64,000 nucleotides of DNA from Terrimicrobiaceae bacterium (GTDB lineage: Bacteria > Verrucomicrobiota > Verrucomicrobiia > Chthoniobacterales > Terrimicrobiaceae), in NCBI GenBank assembly GCA_041752695.1, contig JBGSVZ010000098.1, positions 23,290 to 87,289 of the forward strand, read 5' to 3'. This document shows positions 9,878 through 19,530 of this stretch, piece by piece. Both the position numbers and the translations under genes were made by a program. The notes under the pieces are model-generated. The model searched no databases. It saw nothing but the letters and a program-made list of their open reading frames with translations, and was not told where the DNA came from. Each line of letters opens with the position of its first letter. Position 1 is the first letter of the stretch.

Positions 9878-11664
9878 GGATGGACGGGTGGGCGATGGGG
9901 GATTTTTAAGGCGAAGATGGTTCCGCCGCCTTCACGGATTCGGCAGGTCACCTCGCCACCATGGTCTCGGGCGATTCGGCGTGCCAGGGTGAGCCCGAGA
10001 CCCGAGCCCTGCACGCCACTCGATAACGAGTCATCGGCGCGGAAAAAAGCGTCGAAAATCTTCTCCTCGAGTCCGCGGGGAACCCCAGGCCCCCGATCAA
10101 GGATCTCGGCCACGAACCAATCGTCTTTCATGGCGGTGGTGAGGGTGATCTCACGGCGGCGGGTGGCGTATTTTTCGGCGTTGGAGATCAGGTTCACCAA
10201 GACCTGGGAAACGGCATCGGCGTCGCAGACCATGGCGTACGGGCCGGGAGCGCCTTCCCACTCCACCGCAAAGCCCGCCTCGCGCAGGCGGCCGCCCTCG
10301 GACTCCCAGATCCGCTCGACCACCGGATGCAAATCGACCTCGCGCATTTCGTAAATTTTCCGGTTTTTCTCCAGACGGGCGAAATCGAGGACGTTGTTGA
10401 CCAACCGCGTGAGGCGTTCGCTTTCCCCGGAAATAATGCGCAGGTACCGCTCGCGTTTTTCCGGCTCCTGCACCCGGCCTTCAGCGAGGAGGTCGGCAAA
10501 CATGCGGATGGAGGTGAGGGGAGTTTTTAATTCGTGCGAGACGTTGGAGACGAAGTCCGTTTTTTTCTGCGCGAGGGCGAGTTGACGCCGGGTGTCGGCC
10601 GCCACAAAATACCCCCCTGCCAGAATCGCGGCGAGGGCCAGGGCGATGAGGAGTACCAGCGTCACTGTGACCAAACGGGCAGAATCGGTGAGCTGGCCGG
10701 GGTTGGCCAGATACAATGCGACCTCCCAGTGGGGCAGGACCTCGCCGATCTCGGTAGCGACAAACGGACGTTTCCAATCCGCGTCGAACCCAGCGGGTTG
10801 GCGCGCGATGGGGCGGGTCTTGTCGTTGAGTATGGCGATGTGAGACGGGGAAACGGAGGAAGCGGCGGGCAGCGCGGCGGCGGCAATTTGGTTGAGTTGC
10901 TCGGGGCCCAGCATCAAGCCGAAAAGCCAGTTTTCCTTGGGTTCCGGCCGTGTCCAGAAAAGCACCTGGAGGTCATCCTGCACGAACCGGGCGAGGATGC
11001 CCTGGGCCGCGCCTTGCACGGCATTCTGGAAGTTGGAAAGCTCCGGCGCAAGCTTCGAGGGTAGGATGCTCGGTGCCGCGGCGGCTTCGGCTTTTTGCGG
11101 ATAGATGGTCCGGTTCAGTTGCTGGTCGGCTTTGTCGGCGAATTCTTTTGCGGCAACTCTGCCGGACTTCGCCATCGCTCCGGGTTTGGCTTCCGCTTGC
11201 CGGTTTTTCATTTCTTCCCTGGCGGCCGGTAGTTGCTGGCTGCTGTAGACTTCCGCTTCGAATTTGTTGCTGAGAAAGAGGCTGTTGTCGCGGAGGAAGG
11301 CGGAGGTGGCTTCGTCGTTTAGGTCCTTGTTGAGGGGAAAGGCAAGCCTGCCGTCCGGCGCGATGGCAAAGGGAATGCCCCCGTCGGTCCAAGATTCGGT
11401 GAGCCGGCCGGCGTAGTTTTCCGCGAGGGCGGGAGCGCCGCGCTCGGCCACAAGGGTGCGGACGATCTCGATGAAGGCCTGTTGTTTTTCTTCGACCAAT
11501 GCCCGCACTCCTTGCGCGATGACATCGGACTCCGCCTGGTGCAAGTCGGCCGCCTGGCGCTCAATCAGCACCCGCTGCTCACCCGCAGTGCGCAAGGCCA
11601 GCCAGCCCAGCACCAAGCTGGGCACGAAGATCGCTATGAAAAAAATGAAGGCAGACCGTTTCAT
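9874..11664 (-). CDS. Membrane sensor histidine kinase (two TM, large periplasmic domain, HisKA, HATPase)
   Basis: SHELKTPL H-box, NLISNAEKY, DRGPG, GSGLGL; ATG at 11664 precedes TM1; ATGA overlap with the regulator. Confidence 0.95.
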   Translation of the reverse strand: MKRSAFIFFIAIFVPSLVLGWLALRTAGEQRVLIERQAADLHQAESDVIAQGVRALVEEKQQAFIEIVRTLVAERGAPALAENYAGRLTESWTDGGIPFAIAPDGRLAFPLNKDLNDEATSAFLRDNSLFLSNKFEAEVYSSQQLPAAREEMKNRQAEAKPGAMAKSGRVAAKEFADKADQQLNRTIYPQKAEAAAAPSILPSKLAPELSNFQNAVQGAAQGILARFVQDDLQVLFWTRPEPKENWLFGLMLGPEQLNQIAAAALPAASSVSPSHIAILNDKTRPIARQPAGFDADWKRPFVATEIGEVLPHWEVALYLANPGQLTDSARLVTVTLVLLIALALAAILAGGYFVAADTRRQLALAQKKTDFVSNVSHELKTPLTSIRMFADLLAEGRVQEPEKRERYLRIISGESERLTRLVNNVLDFARLEKNRKIYEMREVDLHPVVERIWESEGGRLREAGFAVEWEGAPGPYAMVCDADAVSQVLVNLISNAEKYATRRREITLTTAMKDDWFVAEILDRGPGVPRGLEEKIFDAFFRADDSLSSGVQGSGLGLTLARRIARDHGGEVTCRIREGGGTIFALKIPHRPPVHP

Positions 11665-11781
11665 TCCGAAAATCAAAGGAGCACCAAGACGGAAACGATA
11701 TTCGCGGGCGTCGCGTTGGAGTCCAGCCTTTAGGCTGTGCCGGAACACGCTGAAGCGTGGACTCCAACGGACCCGCCCCCT

Positions 11782-13098
11782 TCAGCGTTTCTGGTTTTTG
11801 TCCTGATAGTTCTGATACTGGATTTCCTTGCGGCTGGTTTTGCTCAGCGACCCGGAGGCCTTCAATTCCTCAGCCTTCCGCTGCAGCACCTCGTTTTCAC
11901 TTTTCAGCAGCGGGCTTTGCGCCGCGGCGGGGAGGGAGGCATTGGCCACGGCTTGGGATTCCAGCAACTGCGCGGCCTCTTGGGATTTTCCGGCATCGGC
12001 CAGTTTCACGGCGCGTTCCTTGGTGAGGCGGTTTTGCGTGATGGCGGAGTTGGCCGCGACATCGGCCTGGATCGAGGCCTCGACCACCTCGGCGTCGGCG
12101 CTGCGTTTGACGCGGACGGTTTGGTTTTCGGTTTGGGCCTGGCCGGATTCGGCTTCCTCATAAGCGAGGGAGACTTGGGCGAGGTCCAGTTCCGCGGCCT
12201 CGCCATCCGGCGTTTCACACGAGATGAGGAAACGGCGGGTTTGCGAACCGAAAAAATCCGAGAGCGGGATGGTGACTGATTGACCGTTAAACGTGATCTC
12301 GTCTTCGCCCAACACCCCCTTTGGTTTCACGCCTTCGGGCAGGGTGATCGTCACTTTGACATTGCGGGCTACGACACTTTTCACCGTGCCGAGTTCCTCG
12401 GCAAAAATGCCGGGGAGCTTCTCCACATTTTGCACATAATAATAGTTGGCATGGCTCGCCTCGGCCAAGGCGGTCATGAGGTCCTCGTTGTAGTCATCGC
12501 CAAGACCCACGGTGGAAACGCTCAGTCCATCCTGACGCAGCTCTTTGCCAAACTTGGCGAGGTCGCTGGGTTTTGAGGGCCCTACGTTGGCATTTCCGTC
12601 GGAGAGCAGAATGATGCGATTCACTTTTTCCTTATCGAAATACTTCCGCAACTGCGCCGCGCCTTTTTCCACCCCGGCGTAGAGCGCCGTGCCACCCCCG
12701 TCGCGGATGGCATGGATCTTTTCCTTCAGCGTTTCCTTTTCCCGGGCCTTTTGCGGGGCGATGAGGACCTCGGCCTCGTCGTCATAGACAACGACGGAAA
12801 AATAGTCGTCAGGTCCGAGTTGATCGAGGGCAACCGCGGCGGCCTGCCGGGCCTTTTCCAGCTTGGCACCCGCCATGGACCCCGAGCGGTCCAACACGAC
12901 AGCGAGGTTGATCGGGGTCGTGCGTTTCTTGCTGGCTTCTCCAGCCTGCAGTTCGATTTGGACGATGGTCTCGCGTCCGCCCGCCGTGGGAATGACCTCG
13001 CGTTCGGGTTTAACGGAGAGCTGCAGGATAGGACTTCCCTCGGCCGCCGCACAAAAGGCCAGCGCCGAAGCCGTGATCGTGGATAGGATTGTTTTCAC
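11782..13098 (-). CDS. Exported VWA-domain protein (YfbK/Ca-activated chloride channel homologue type)
   Basis: Signal peptide; MIDAS DRSGSM, GGTAL, LSDGNAN, GLGDDYNE. Confidence 0.9.
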   Translation of the reverse strand: MKTILSTITASALAFCAAAEGSPILQLSVKPEREVIPTAGGRETIVQIELQAGEASKKRTTPINLAVVLDRSGSMAGAKLEKARQAAAVALDQLGPDDYFSVVVYDDEAEVLIAPQKAREKETLKEKIHAIRDGGGTALYAGVEKGAAQLRKYFDKEKVNRIILLSDGNANVGPSKPSDLAKFGKELRQDGLSVSTVGLGDDYNEDLMTALAEASHANYYYVQNVEKLPGIFAEELGTVKSVVARNVKVTITLPEGVKPKGVLGEDEITFNGQSVTIPLSDFFGSQTRRFLISCETPDGEAAELDLAQVSLAYEEAESGQAQTENQTVRVKRSADAEVVEASIQADVAANSAITQNRLTKERAVKLADAGKSQEAAQLLESQAVANASLPAAAQSPLLKSENEVLQRKAEELKASGSLSKTSRKEIQYQNYQDKNQKR

Positions 13099-13130
13099 AG
13101 CCGCACTCTGGCGAATTCCCGGGAGGGATG

Positions 13131-13170
13131 TGTCAGAGGGGCGTAAAGATTTTGTAAAAGAATTGTGAGA
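13131..13170 (-). promoter_or_regulatory. Putative OmpR-family operator: four half-sites at 11-bp period
   Basis: GTCAG 13132, GTAAA 13143, GTAAA 13154, GTGAG 13165, directly upstream of the VWA-HK-RR operon. Confidence 0.55.
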
Positions 13171-13344
13171 GCCCTCTATGCGGCACTGACGATGGGGATC
13201 GAAGCAACATCAGCCGCTGCGTGGCGGCCTATCGGTAAGAGTCGACGAAGGAGGCGGGAGGATGGAAAGAGTGCACGTATGCACGGACTGACCCCGGAGC
13301 GTGAGGCCGAAATGCCAATCCCGATCACGCGACCGCGGACGGGA

Positions 13345-15630
13345 TCACTTCACGAGGAATCCGAAATTCGCCGGGGCGCTCAGGGTGGCGGCGGTGACGC
13401 CGGAACCGAGCACGGTCACCAGCACGTCGCCCCCGCGTTTGCCGTGCACGATGCGGGCACCGCCGGGCACATCCTCAAAGCGCAGGCGCGCTGTGAAGGT
13501 GGAGAGGTCGGCGGAACCGAAGGCTTCGCGCAGGAAAACCATCAGATCGATCCGGTCCACGTTCAGTTCGAATCCCTGGATCTCATCGCCGCCGTCCCGA
13601 CGCGTGCGATAGACGAAGGTGTCCGGGCCGGTTGCGCCGTTGAGAACATCGGCACCGGGACCACCCTCGAGGAAGTCCGGGCCGGTCGTTCCATTCAGCG
13701 TGTCGGCGCCGCGGGTGCCGAGGATGCATTCCACCGTCCGGCCTACGCTGTCGAAGGCTTTCTCCACCGGATACTCCGCCGCCCGAACCACCCCGCCCAA
13801 CCCGCCTTCGTTTTCCGGCGTTTCGATGTAGTCCACCAGGGCCTCCTGATAGTTCCGCGTGTCGGTCAGATTTTTGAAGACGAACCCGTTGGCCGCGAAC
13901 GGATAACCGTCCCCCCCGTTGGCCAGGAAATCAATCGTCGCCACGGTGAACCGGCGGTTCGCCCGCACGATTTCGCCGTAATCCACGATAATCACGTCAT
14001 CGGCCGTGGTCGCCGGGTCGCCGGTCACGACGACGCGCCGCACGCGGTCGGTCGGTCGGCTGGAATCATAGACCACTTCGAGGCCCGAAAGCTGCGGGAA
14101 CCGGCCTTGGGCACTGCCCGAGGGCGTCGAGGCGGCAAACCCATGTTCGAGGATCGCCTTCAACTGGGCAGGGCGCACCGACTCGGCCCGGACAACGAGG
14201 TTCAAAAAGGTCAGGGTATTGAACGTGGCACCGACGGAGATGCTGCCGGGACCGGGAATCGTGGCGCGCACGCCGCCGCCGTTCTGCACGGCCACATCCG
14301 TCCCAGCGGCAAAACGAAGGGCATCGGCGACCAGGTTGCCCAGGTTGGTCTCCGCATTGCGCACGCCGACGGTGAAGGACCGCGGCGTTCCCGTGACCCC
14401 GCGCTCCCCGTTGAGGTTGATCTCGGTCGTCCCGACGAGAATGGCATTGAGGGCGGACAGGTAGTTGAGGACGGGCTGGACCGATTCGTTGAAGATCGTC
14501 GAGTCACCGGTCACCCGGTCGGCGTCCGCCGCCAGGCCGCTGACCCGGACGACCCGGGAGCCGACCACGCCGGTAACGCGGCCGGTCGTATCATTGAGAT
14601 TTAGAGTGATCTCCCCGATGTAACGATTGCCGAAGTTGGCCGTGACAACCGGAACGGTCGTGCCGTCGGCATCGGTGCCAAAGGATGGATACGGAATGGA
14701 CGGCGACGGCAGGGCCGGGCCAATGCTGGTCGGGATGGTCAGGGAGTTCGCATTCGTCTGCAACTCATGTCCACCGCCGGAAACGACAAGGTCTACGTTG
14801 CGGAGACGGGGAATAAGAGTGTCGCGCTCGCGCTCAAAATTCTGCAGGTGGGTCATGAGGATGACCGCTGTCACCCCCTGGTTGGCGCGGAGATCATCGA
14901 TCAGTTGCTGCAACCGATCCGCAAGGGCGACGATGTTGGCCGTCTCGGTGGCCGAGGATTTGAAACCGGCAAAGCCCGACATGAGTGCGAGCGTTTCCGG
15001 CGAGGAGATCGAGGGGAGCAGCGGCGTTGTCGCGCCGATCACGGCGACCTTTTTCCCGCCGGTCGTGGTGAAAACTTTGTGCGAGGCAAGAAGGCCCGAG
15101 GACAACCCGCCGGCGAAGGCGGCGTTCTTGGTGAAGTCGAGGTTGGCCGAGAGATACGGCGTGTCCGCCATGGCGGCGAACCGCGCAGCCAGCGCGACGC
15201 CGAAGTCGAATTCATGGTTGCCGAAAACAATGGCATCGAAGCCGAGACGGCGCAGGGCACGCGCATCGTAGAAATCCTGCCCGCCGTCCGCGGCCGCGGT
15301 GGCGAGGTCGTCGAGGCTGGCATTGAAGCGCGGACCGGGCAGCAGGGCGTCCCCGGCATTGAGGCGGAGGACAAACCTCCCGGCGCCCGAGGCGGCCGTT
15401 TCCAACTGGTCAAGCCGCGAGGCGAGTCGATCCACCCCGCCGTAGAAGGAAAGATTTTGGCTCGCGTTGTCCCGCAGATTCCCCTGGGCGGAGACTAGCC
15501 ACGATTCCTGATCTCCGACATGGAGGATGGTGACTTCCTCGGCCACGAGGGCGAGGGGCAGGAGTCCGGCGGCCGCAACAAAAGCGGACGTCCAGGGGCG
15601 GGAACCAAAAGAAGAGAAGAGGGCAGGCAT
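13345..15630 (-). CDS. Exported bifunctional metallophosphatase/5'-nucleotidase with C-terminal RTX-like Ca-binding repeats
   Basis: LHVGD, NAGD, GNHEFD, YLSAN, GGGHE, VRNAETNLGNLVADA, NGGGVR, GRFPQLSG, GGDGYPF; Gly/Asp-rich nonapeptide repeats such as GGPGADVLN. Confidence 0.92.
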   Translation of the reverse strand: MPALFSSFGSRPWTSAFVAAAGLLPLALVAEEVTILHVGDQESWLVSAQGNLRDNASQNLSFYGGVDRLASRLDQLETAASGAGRFVLRLNAGDALLPGPRFNASLDDLATAAADGGQDFYDARALRRLGFDAIVFGNHEFDFGVALAARFAAMADTPYLSANLDFTKNAAFAGGLSSGLLASHKVFTTTGGKKVAVIGATTPLLPSISSPETLALMSGFAGFKSSATETANIVALADRLQQLIDDLRANQGVTAVILMTHLQNFERERDTLIPRLRNVDLVVSGGGHELQTNANSLTIPTSIGPALPSPSIPYPSFGTDADGTTVPVVTANFGNRYIGEITLNLNDTTGRVTGVVGSRVVRVSGLAADADRVTGDSTIFNESVQPVLNYLSALNAILVGTTEINLNGERGVTGTPRSFTVGVRNAETNLGNLVADALRFAAGTDVAVQNGGGVRATIPGPGSISVGATFNTLTFLNLVVRAESVRPAQLKAILEHGFAASTPSGSAQGRFPQLSGLEVVYDSSRPTDRVRRVVVTGDPATTADDVIIVDYGEIVRANRRFTVATIDFLANGGDGYPFAANGFVFKNLTDTRNYQEALVDYIETPENEGGLGGVVRAAEYPVEKAFDSVGRTVECILGTRGADTLNGTTGPDFLEGGPGADVLNGATGPDTFVYRTRRDGGDEIQGFELNVDRIDLMVFLREAFGSADLSTFTARLRFEDVPGGARIVHGKRGGDVLVTVLGSGVTAATLSAPANFGFLVK

Positions 15631-15750
15631 GGGAAAAGAGGTGGTTGAAGTTCAGATCGGCGGGAACGGAGGAACAGCCACTCTCCGTCACGGAAGCCCA
15701 AACATCAGGATTCCGGACCGCCGGACGGGAAATTGCGAAAGCCAGGCGCC

Positions 15751-15786
15751 GGTGACAACAAACGGTTCGTGACAATTTCGTGACCG
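15751..15786 (-). promoter_or_regulatory. PHO-box-like direct repeat upstream of the 5'-nucleotidase
   Basis: Minus strand CGGTCACGAAA TTGTCACGAAC (GTCACGAA twice, period 11) plus a third TTGTCACC. Confidence 0.6.
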
Positions 15787-15954
15787 AGTTTTTGCATCCG
15801 CTCGGGCGCGTAGCCGCGGGGCCCACCGGGCATTCCGCTTGAACTGGCGGCGGGCCGGCTGTTACTTGCGGATTCGCAAATCGCTCCTAAGCCCCCCAGA
15901 CTTTTCCCTAGCGACCCAAGGGTTTTTGCTGACCCCTGTGAGAGGGCCTGCCTG

Positions 15955-17202
15955 CTACCTCGGACCGCCGCGAATGTTCGACTGATTGATCAGGATCGAG
16001 GTTCCGTTGGCGGAGGCGGGTTTCTGCAGGCCAAAAACGGTGCCCGCGGGAAATACTGGGTTGGTCGGCACCGCGTCATCCGTGTTGTACCACTGGTTCT
16101 TGTAGCGGTAGTAGATCGCACCGATGCCCCCATGTCCGTCGTCCATAATCAGTTGGTCCTGGCGATCGGAGGTGCTTGTTCCCGTGCTCTGCGTGAAATT
16201 TGAGTTGTTGAATCCAATTTCACTAATGGGGTAGCTGGAATTTCGCGGCAGCGAGAAATAGTTAATGGCGCTGGCGATACTGGACGAGGTGAAGAAGAAG
16301 TTGAACGGGCTCTTCAGTACGGAACCGGAGAGAAACACATGCAGTGGGTAGTTATTGGTTCCCGTGTTTTGCACATAGACGTAGGCACCCGGAGGGACAA
16401 CCGTGTCTGCGGCGGAAACCGAGGGGTTTGTCGTGGAGACCCAGTTGTTCAGGGCGGCGCTGAAATAAAAGGACTCGCCAACATTTTGTGGTTGTTGGGG
16501 GCCGTAGGTCACGGGCGGGGAAATGACCACGGTGGTCATCACATCGGACGGATTGGTCGTCGGGATGAAGGAGATGGTAGCCTGACTGGCCGGAAAGAGA
16601 GAACTGAGAGACCAGTAGGGAAGAAGGCTGACGGCCTTGATATCCTTGGATGTGATCGAGAGGCCTTCGGGATCGATGCGAAGAGATTCGGCGGTGTTTC
16701 CTTGGACGGTGAAAAAATAGCCCTTTAAGCGTCCGGCCGTCACCAGCACGAAATAGGTCACCGGCTGGGTGCCGGAAACATAGGTATACTGGTCAGGCTT
16801 GAGGGGCACCCCTCCGGCGTTCTTTGGAGGGTTGCCCGCTAGTGCGAGGTTGTAGTCCGGCAAGGGGCCCACATTTGCCGGGGTGACTTTCGACACCGCA
16901 AAGTCCCCACCCGTGGCGTAGTTGTTGGCGAAGGTGAGTGTTGTGATTTGGCCGTCGACGACCTGTTCGGTCACGGTCTGACTGGCGCTGGTGCCTGCGC
17001 CATAAACCACGTCGGTGGTGACGCCGCCCTGGGTCAGGAGCCCGGCTCCGGTGGAGAGATATTGGGGTGCCACGCAGGTGGTGTTTCCGGGTTCGACGTA
17101 AATATATTGGTTCGCCATCCAGGCATCGGTCACTCCCGATTGCGCAAACGCGGGAAGGCAGCCTAAGGCCAGAAGGGAGGCTAAAGTGAAAGCGATTTTC
17201 AT
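15955..17202 (-). CDS. Exported TIGR02597-like protein (Verrucomicrobia family, unknown function)
   Basis: Signal peptide; YFVLVTAG.LKGYFFTV..N, PYWSLSSLFP, DQL....G..IYY and FPAG motifs recalled as typical of the family. Confidence 0.65.
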   Translation of the reverse strand: MKIAFTLASLLALGCLPAFAQSGVTDAWMANQYIYVEPGNTTCVAPQYLSTGAGLLTQGGVTTDVVYGAGTSASQTVTEQVVDGQITTLTFANNYATGGDFAVSKVTPANVGPLPDYNLALAGNPPKNAGGVPLKPDQYTYVSGTQPVTYFVLVTAGRLKGYFFTVQGNTAESLRIDPEGLSITSKDIKAVSLLPYWSLSSLFPASQATISFIPTTNPSDVMTTVVISPPVTYGPQQPQNVGESFYFSAALNNWVSTTNPSVSAADTVVPPGAYVYVQNTGTNNYPLHVFLSGSVLKSPFNFFFTSSSIASAINYFSLPRNSSYPISEIGFNNSNFTQSTGTSTSDRQDQLIMDDGHGGIGAIYYRYKNQWYNTDDAVPTNPVFPAGTVFGLQKPASANGTSILINQSNIRGGPR

Positions 17203-17223
17203 GAAAAGTTTGGAACGATCACG

Positions 17224-19275
17224 TCAGATAATTTTGGTGGGCTCGACGACGCGTTCGTTGTCCGGGTTGCGGCGCCACGCCAGCCGGTAGGCGACGTTCA
17301 AACCCGTGAGCGGTTGGGTGAGGATGATGGGGCCATTGTTCCCGGTGATCGGTGAACCGACGGTGGTCCACTTCCTATTGTCGGTGGACATTTGCAGTTC
17401 ATAGATGGTCGAGGAACGAGAAAGCCAGGTGATCTGAATCCCGGCTTGGGGACCATAGTCATCCGTCCAGTTAACCTGGCCGATGGTGAAATTCTCCGGA
17501 GCTACCGCCGGCTGGACGGGAAGCGGTTTTAGTTTGGTCTGGACGGCACGTTGGAGCTGCCGGGCCATCGCGGTGCGCGTGGATACCTGCTGGCTGGTGA
17601 TTGGTGCCGTCTGGCCCTGTTGGTACGCCCATTCCGAGAGGTTTTTCAACTCGACCGGCTCGCCCGAAATGGGGTCGCAATCTGTTCCCCCGTCAGCGCT
17701 GTTCCTCAGGTCGTAGAACTCCGTCTGGGGATCCACGATGCCCTGTCCGTCGAAATAATACGCGTAGGCATAATCCAACCGGCGAATCGCGCGGATCCGG
17801 TTTGGTGGGGGCACGATGCCGTTGGGTTTACCAGCTGCATTCTGACCGCACCAGATGTCGTCGTAGGTGAAAAGAATGTAGTCCTGAACAGCTGGGGCTG
17901 TGCTGGGAGCATGAATGAGGGAACTGTAATCCGTTCCCGCGAACTGATACGGCCGCGGATTAACTCCGAGCATGGCGCAAAGGGTGGGCAAGAAGTCGAC
18001 ATGTCCCACTAACTGGCTGCATTGCTGTCCGGAGCCCAAAGGGTAGTCTGTCGGATTTGACCAGATGAGCGGCACGCGCAGCGCTTCCTCGTAAATCGAG
18101 AAGGATTTCTGACGAAGACCTCCGTGCGCCATGCCATATTCCCCGTGATCGGAGGTTCTGATCAACCAGGTGTTGGCGCGCAGGGCGATCCCGGCGGGCG
18201 AGGAGTCGAGGAACTGAAGGATCTTATTGAACTGGTAATCGGTGTAGCTGATGAGATTTCCGTAGAAGTTCAGGTATTGCTTCTTATCCGCCGGTGTCGG
18301 CAAGGGGCCTAGGCCGACGCCCGACACAAGGAACGCCTCTTGAACGCTCGGCTTGAAGTTTGTCACAAGGTTCTCGGTGACGGTGGGTGGCAGCTCGATC
18401 GGCGGAACCGTGTCAGCCGTCCAATCGACGTCGTTTACGCTGACCCCCTGCTTGGCGGCGAGCCATTGGTTGCCTTCCCAACTGGGATTTTCTGACCCAA
18501 TATATCCGCCGCCGGAGAGGTTCAGAGGAAAACCGAGCACGTCATGCGGATTCACCAGCGAGATGACCAGACAGAATGGTTTGCCTCCCGGGTTGTCGAT
18601 CCGATCCTGCAGAAAGGTCAGCGCATCCTGAATGTAGCGGGCATCGTTATCGGCGTAGCCGCCACCATAGTCGGCCAGGGCGGTGTTGCGCCCGGCATCG
18701 GGTGGATCCCACTGGGTGAAGCTGTAGCGCTCGATGTCGTCCCAGATGTTGACCCCATTCTGTTGGATGATTCCCTTGCTGAGGTGATACTTGCCGATAT
18801 AGGCCACTTCGTACCCGGCTGCCGTGAGGACGGTGCCAACGTTCGGGTAAGTCGGGTTGAGTTGATGTTCTTCCTCAGACTGGACATTGCCCTCGCTCAG
18901 CGTATCGACGGAGAGATGCTGCGCGGGATACAGGCCGGTGAAAAGGGTTGTCCTGGCGGGCGTGCACATGGCGGTGTTCGTATAGGCCCGGTTGAAGGTG
19001 ACTCCTGTGCCGGCCAAGGCAGACTGGAAGGGAAGATTTGCCGCCGCCCAACCGGTGGGAAACCATTGAAGAGCCCTCTGCTGATCGGTCAGGAAGATGA
19101 TGGCATTCCGCTGGGGGGTGACCGGACCGGCGGCCTGAAGTGGCCAGACATTTACGGAACCTTCGGTGGCCATGATGGCGGCCGCACCACCCACCATTTT
19201 GAGAAAATCCCGCCTGCGGAAATCCCCGATTCTTGTCTGTTCCGGGCCTTCCATCGAAGAATGATTTTCCGCCAT
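17224..19275 (-). CDS. Tat-exported formylglycine-dependent sulfatase with C-terminal beta domain
   Basis: RRDFLK twin-arginine signal; TDQQR, CTPAR (CxPxR), GKYH, NPHD, TSDHGE and YEEALRVPL motifs. Confidence 0.92.
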   Translation of the reverse strand: MAENHSSMEGPEQTRIGDFRRRDFLKMVGGAAAIMATEGSVNVWPLQAAGPVTPQRNAIIFLTDQQRALQWFPTGWAAANLPFQSALAGTGVTFNRAYTNTAMCTPARTTLFTGLYPAQHLSVDTLSEGNVQSEEEHQLNPTYPNVGTVLTAAGYEVAYIGKYHLSKGIIQQNGVNIWDDIERYSFTQWDPPDAGRNTALADYGGGYADNDARYIQDALTFLQDRIDNPGGKPFCLVISLVNPHDVLGFPLNLSGGGYIGSENPSWEGNQWLAAKQGVSVNDVDWTADTVPPIELPPTVTENLVTNFKPSVQEAFLVSGVGLGPLPTPADKKQYLNFYGNLISYTDYQFNKILQFLDSSPAGIALRANTWLIRTSDHGEYGMAHGGLRQKSFSIYEEALRVPLIWSNPTDYPLGSGQQCSQLVGHVDFLPTLCAMLGVNPRPYQFAGTDYSSLIHAPSTAPAVQDYILFTYDDIWCGQNAAGKPNGIVPPPNRIRAIRRLDYAYAYYFDGQGIVDPQTEFYDLRNSADGGTDCDPISGEPVELKNLSEWAYQQGQTAPITSQQVSTRTAMARQLQRAVQTKLKPLPVQPAVAPENFTIGQVNWTDDYGPQAGIQITWLSRSSTIYELQMSTDNRKWTTVGSPITGNNGPIILTQPLTGLNVAYRLAWRRNPDNERVVEPTKII

Positions 19276-19530
19276 TCCTCATGATCCAGGTATCTCATGG
19301 TATTTGCAATCAGATAAAACCCATGCAACCTAGTGCGTGGAGTCGATGGGAGTTCATGACATTGATGCGGGTAGGCTACGGCCGGATGAAATGGGAGGAA
19401 AAATGGGGAGCAGGGTCCCTTGCTTTTGCAACTTTGGTTTGAAGTTTTTCGTGTCATTATAACTTTAGGGGGCCGGCGACGTTTTTCTTTTTGTGGTCGA
19501 TGGCTAAGTTAATATTTGAGAAACATTGTG

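Noticed and set aside
8987..10354. 455-aa plus-strand ORF
   Set aside because: Antisense shadow of the response regulator and kinase
13165..14604. 479-aa plus-strand ORF
   Set aside because: Antisense to the 5'-nucleotidase; no family features
15790..15954. Possible ncRNA in the spacer after the TIGR02597-like gene
   Set aside because: No recognisable RNA family signature; a covariance search would be needed
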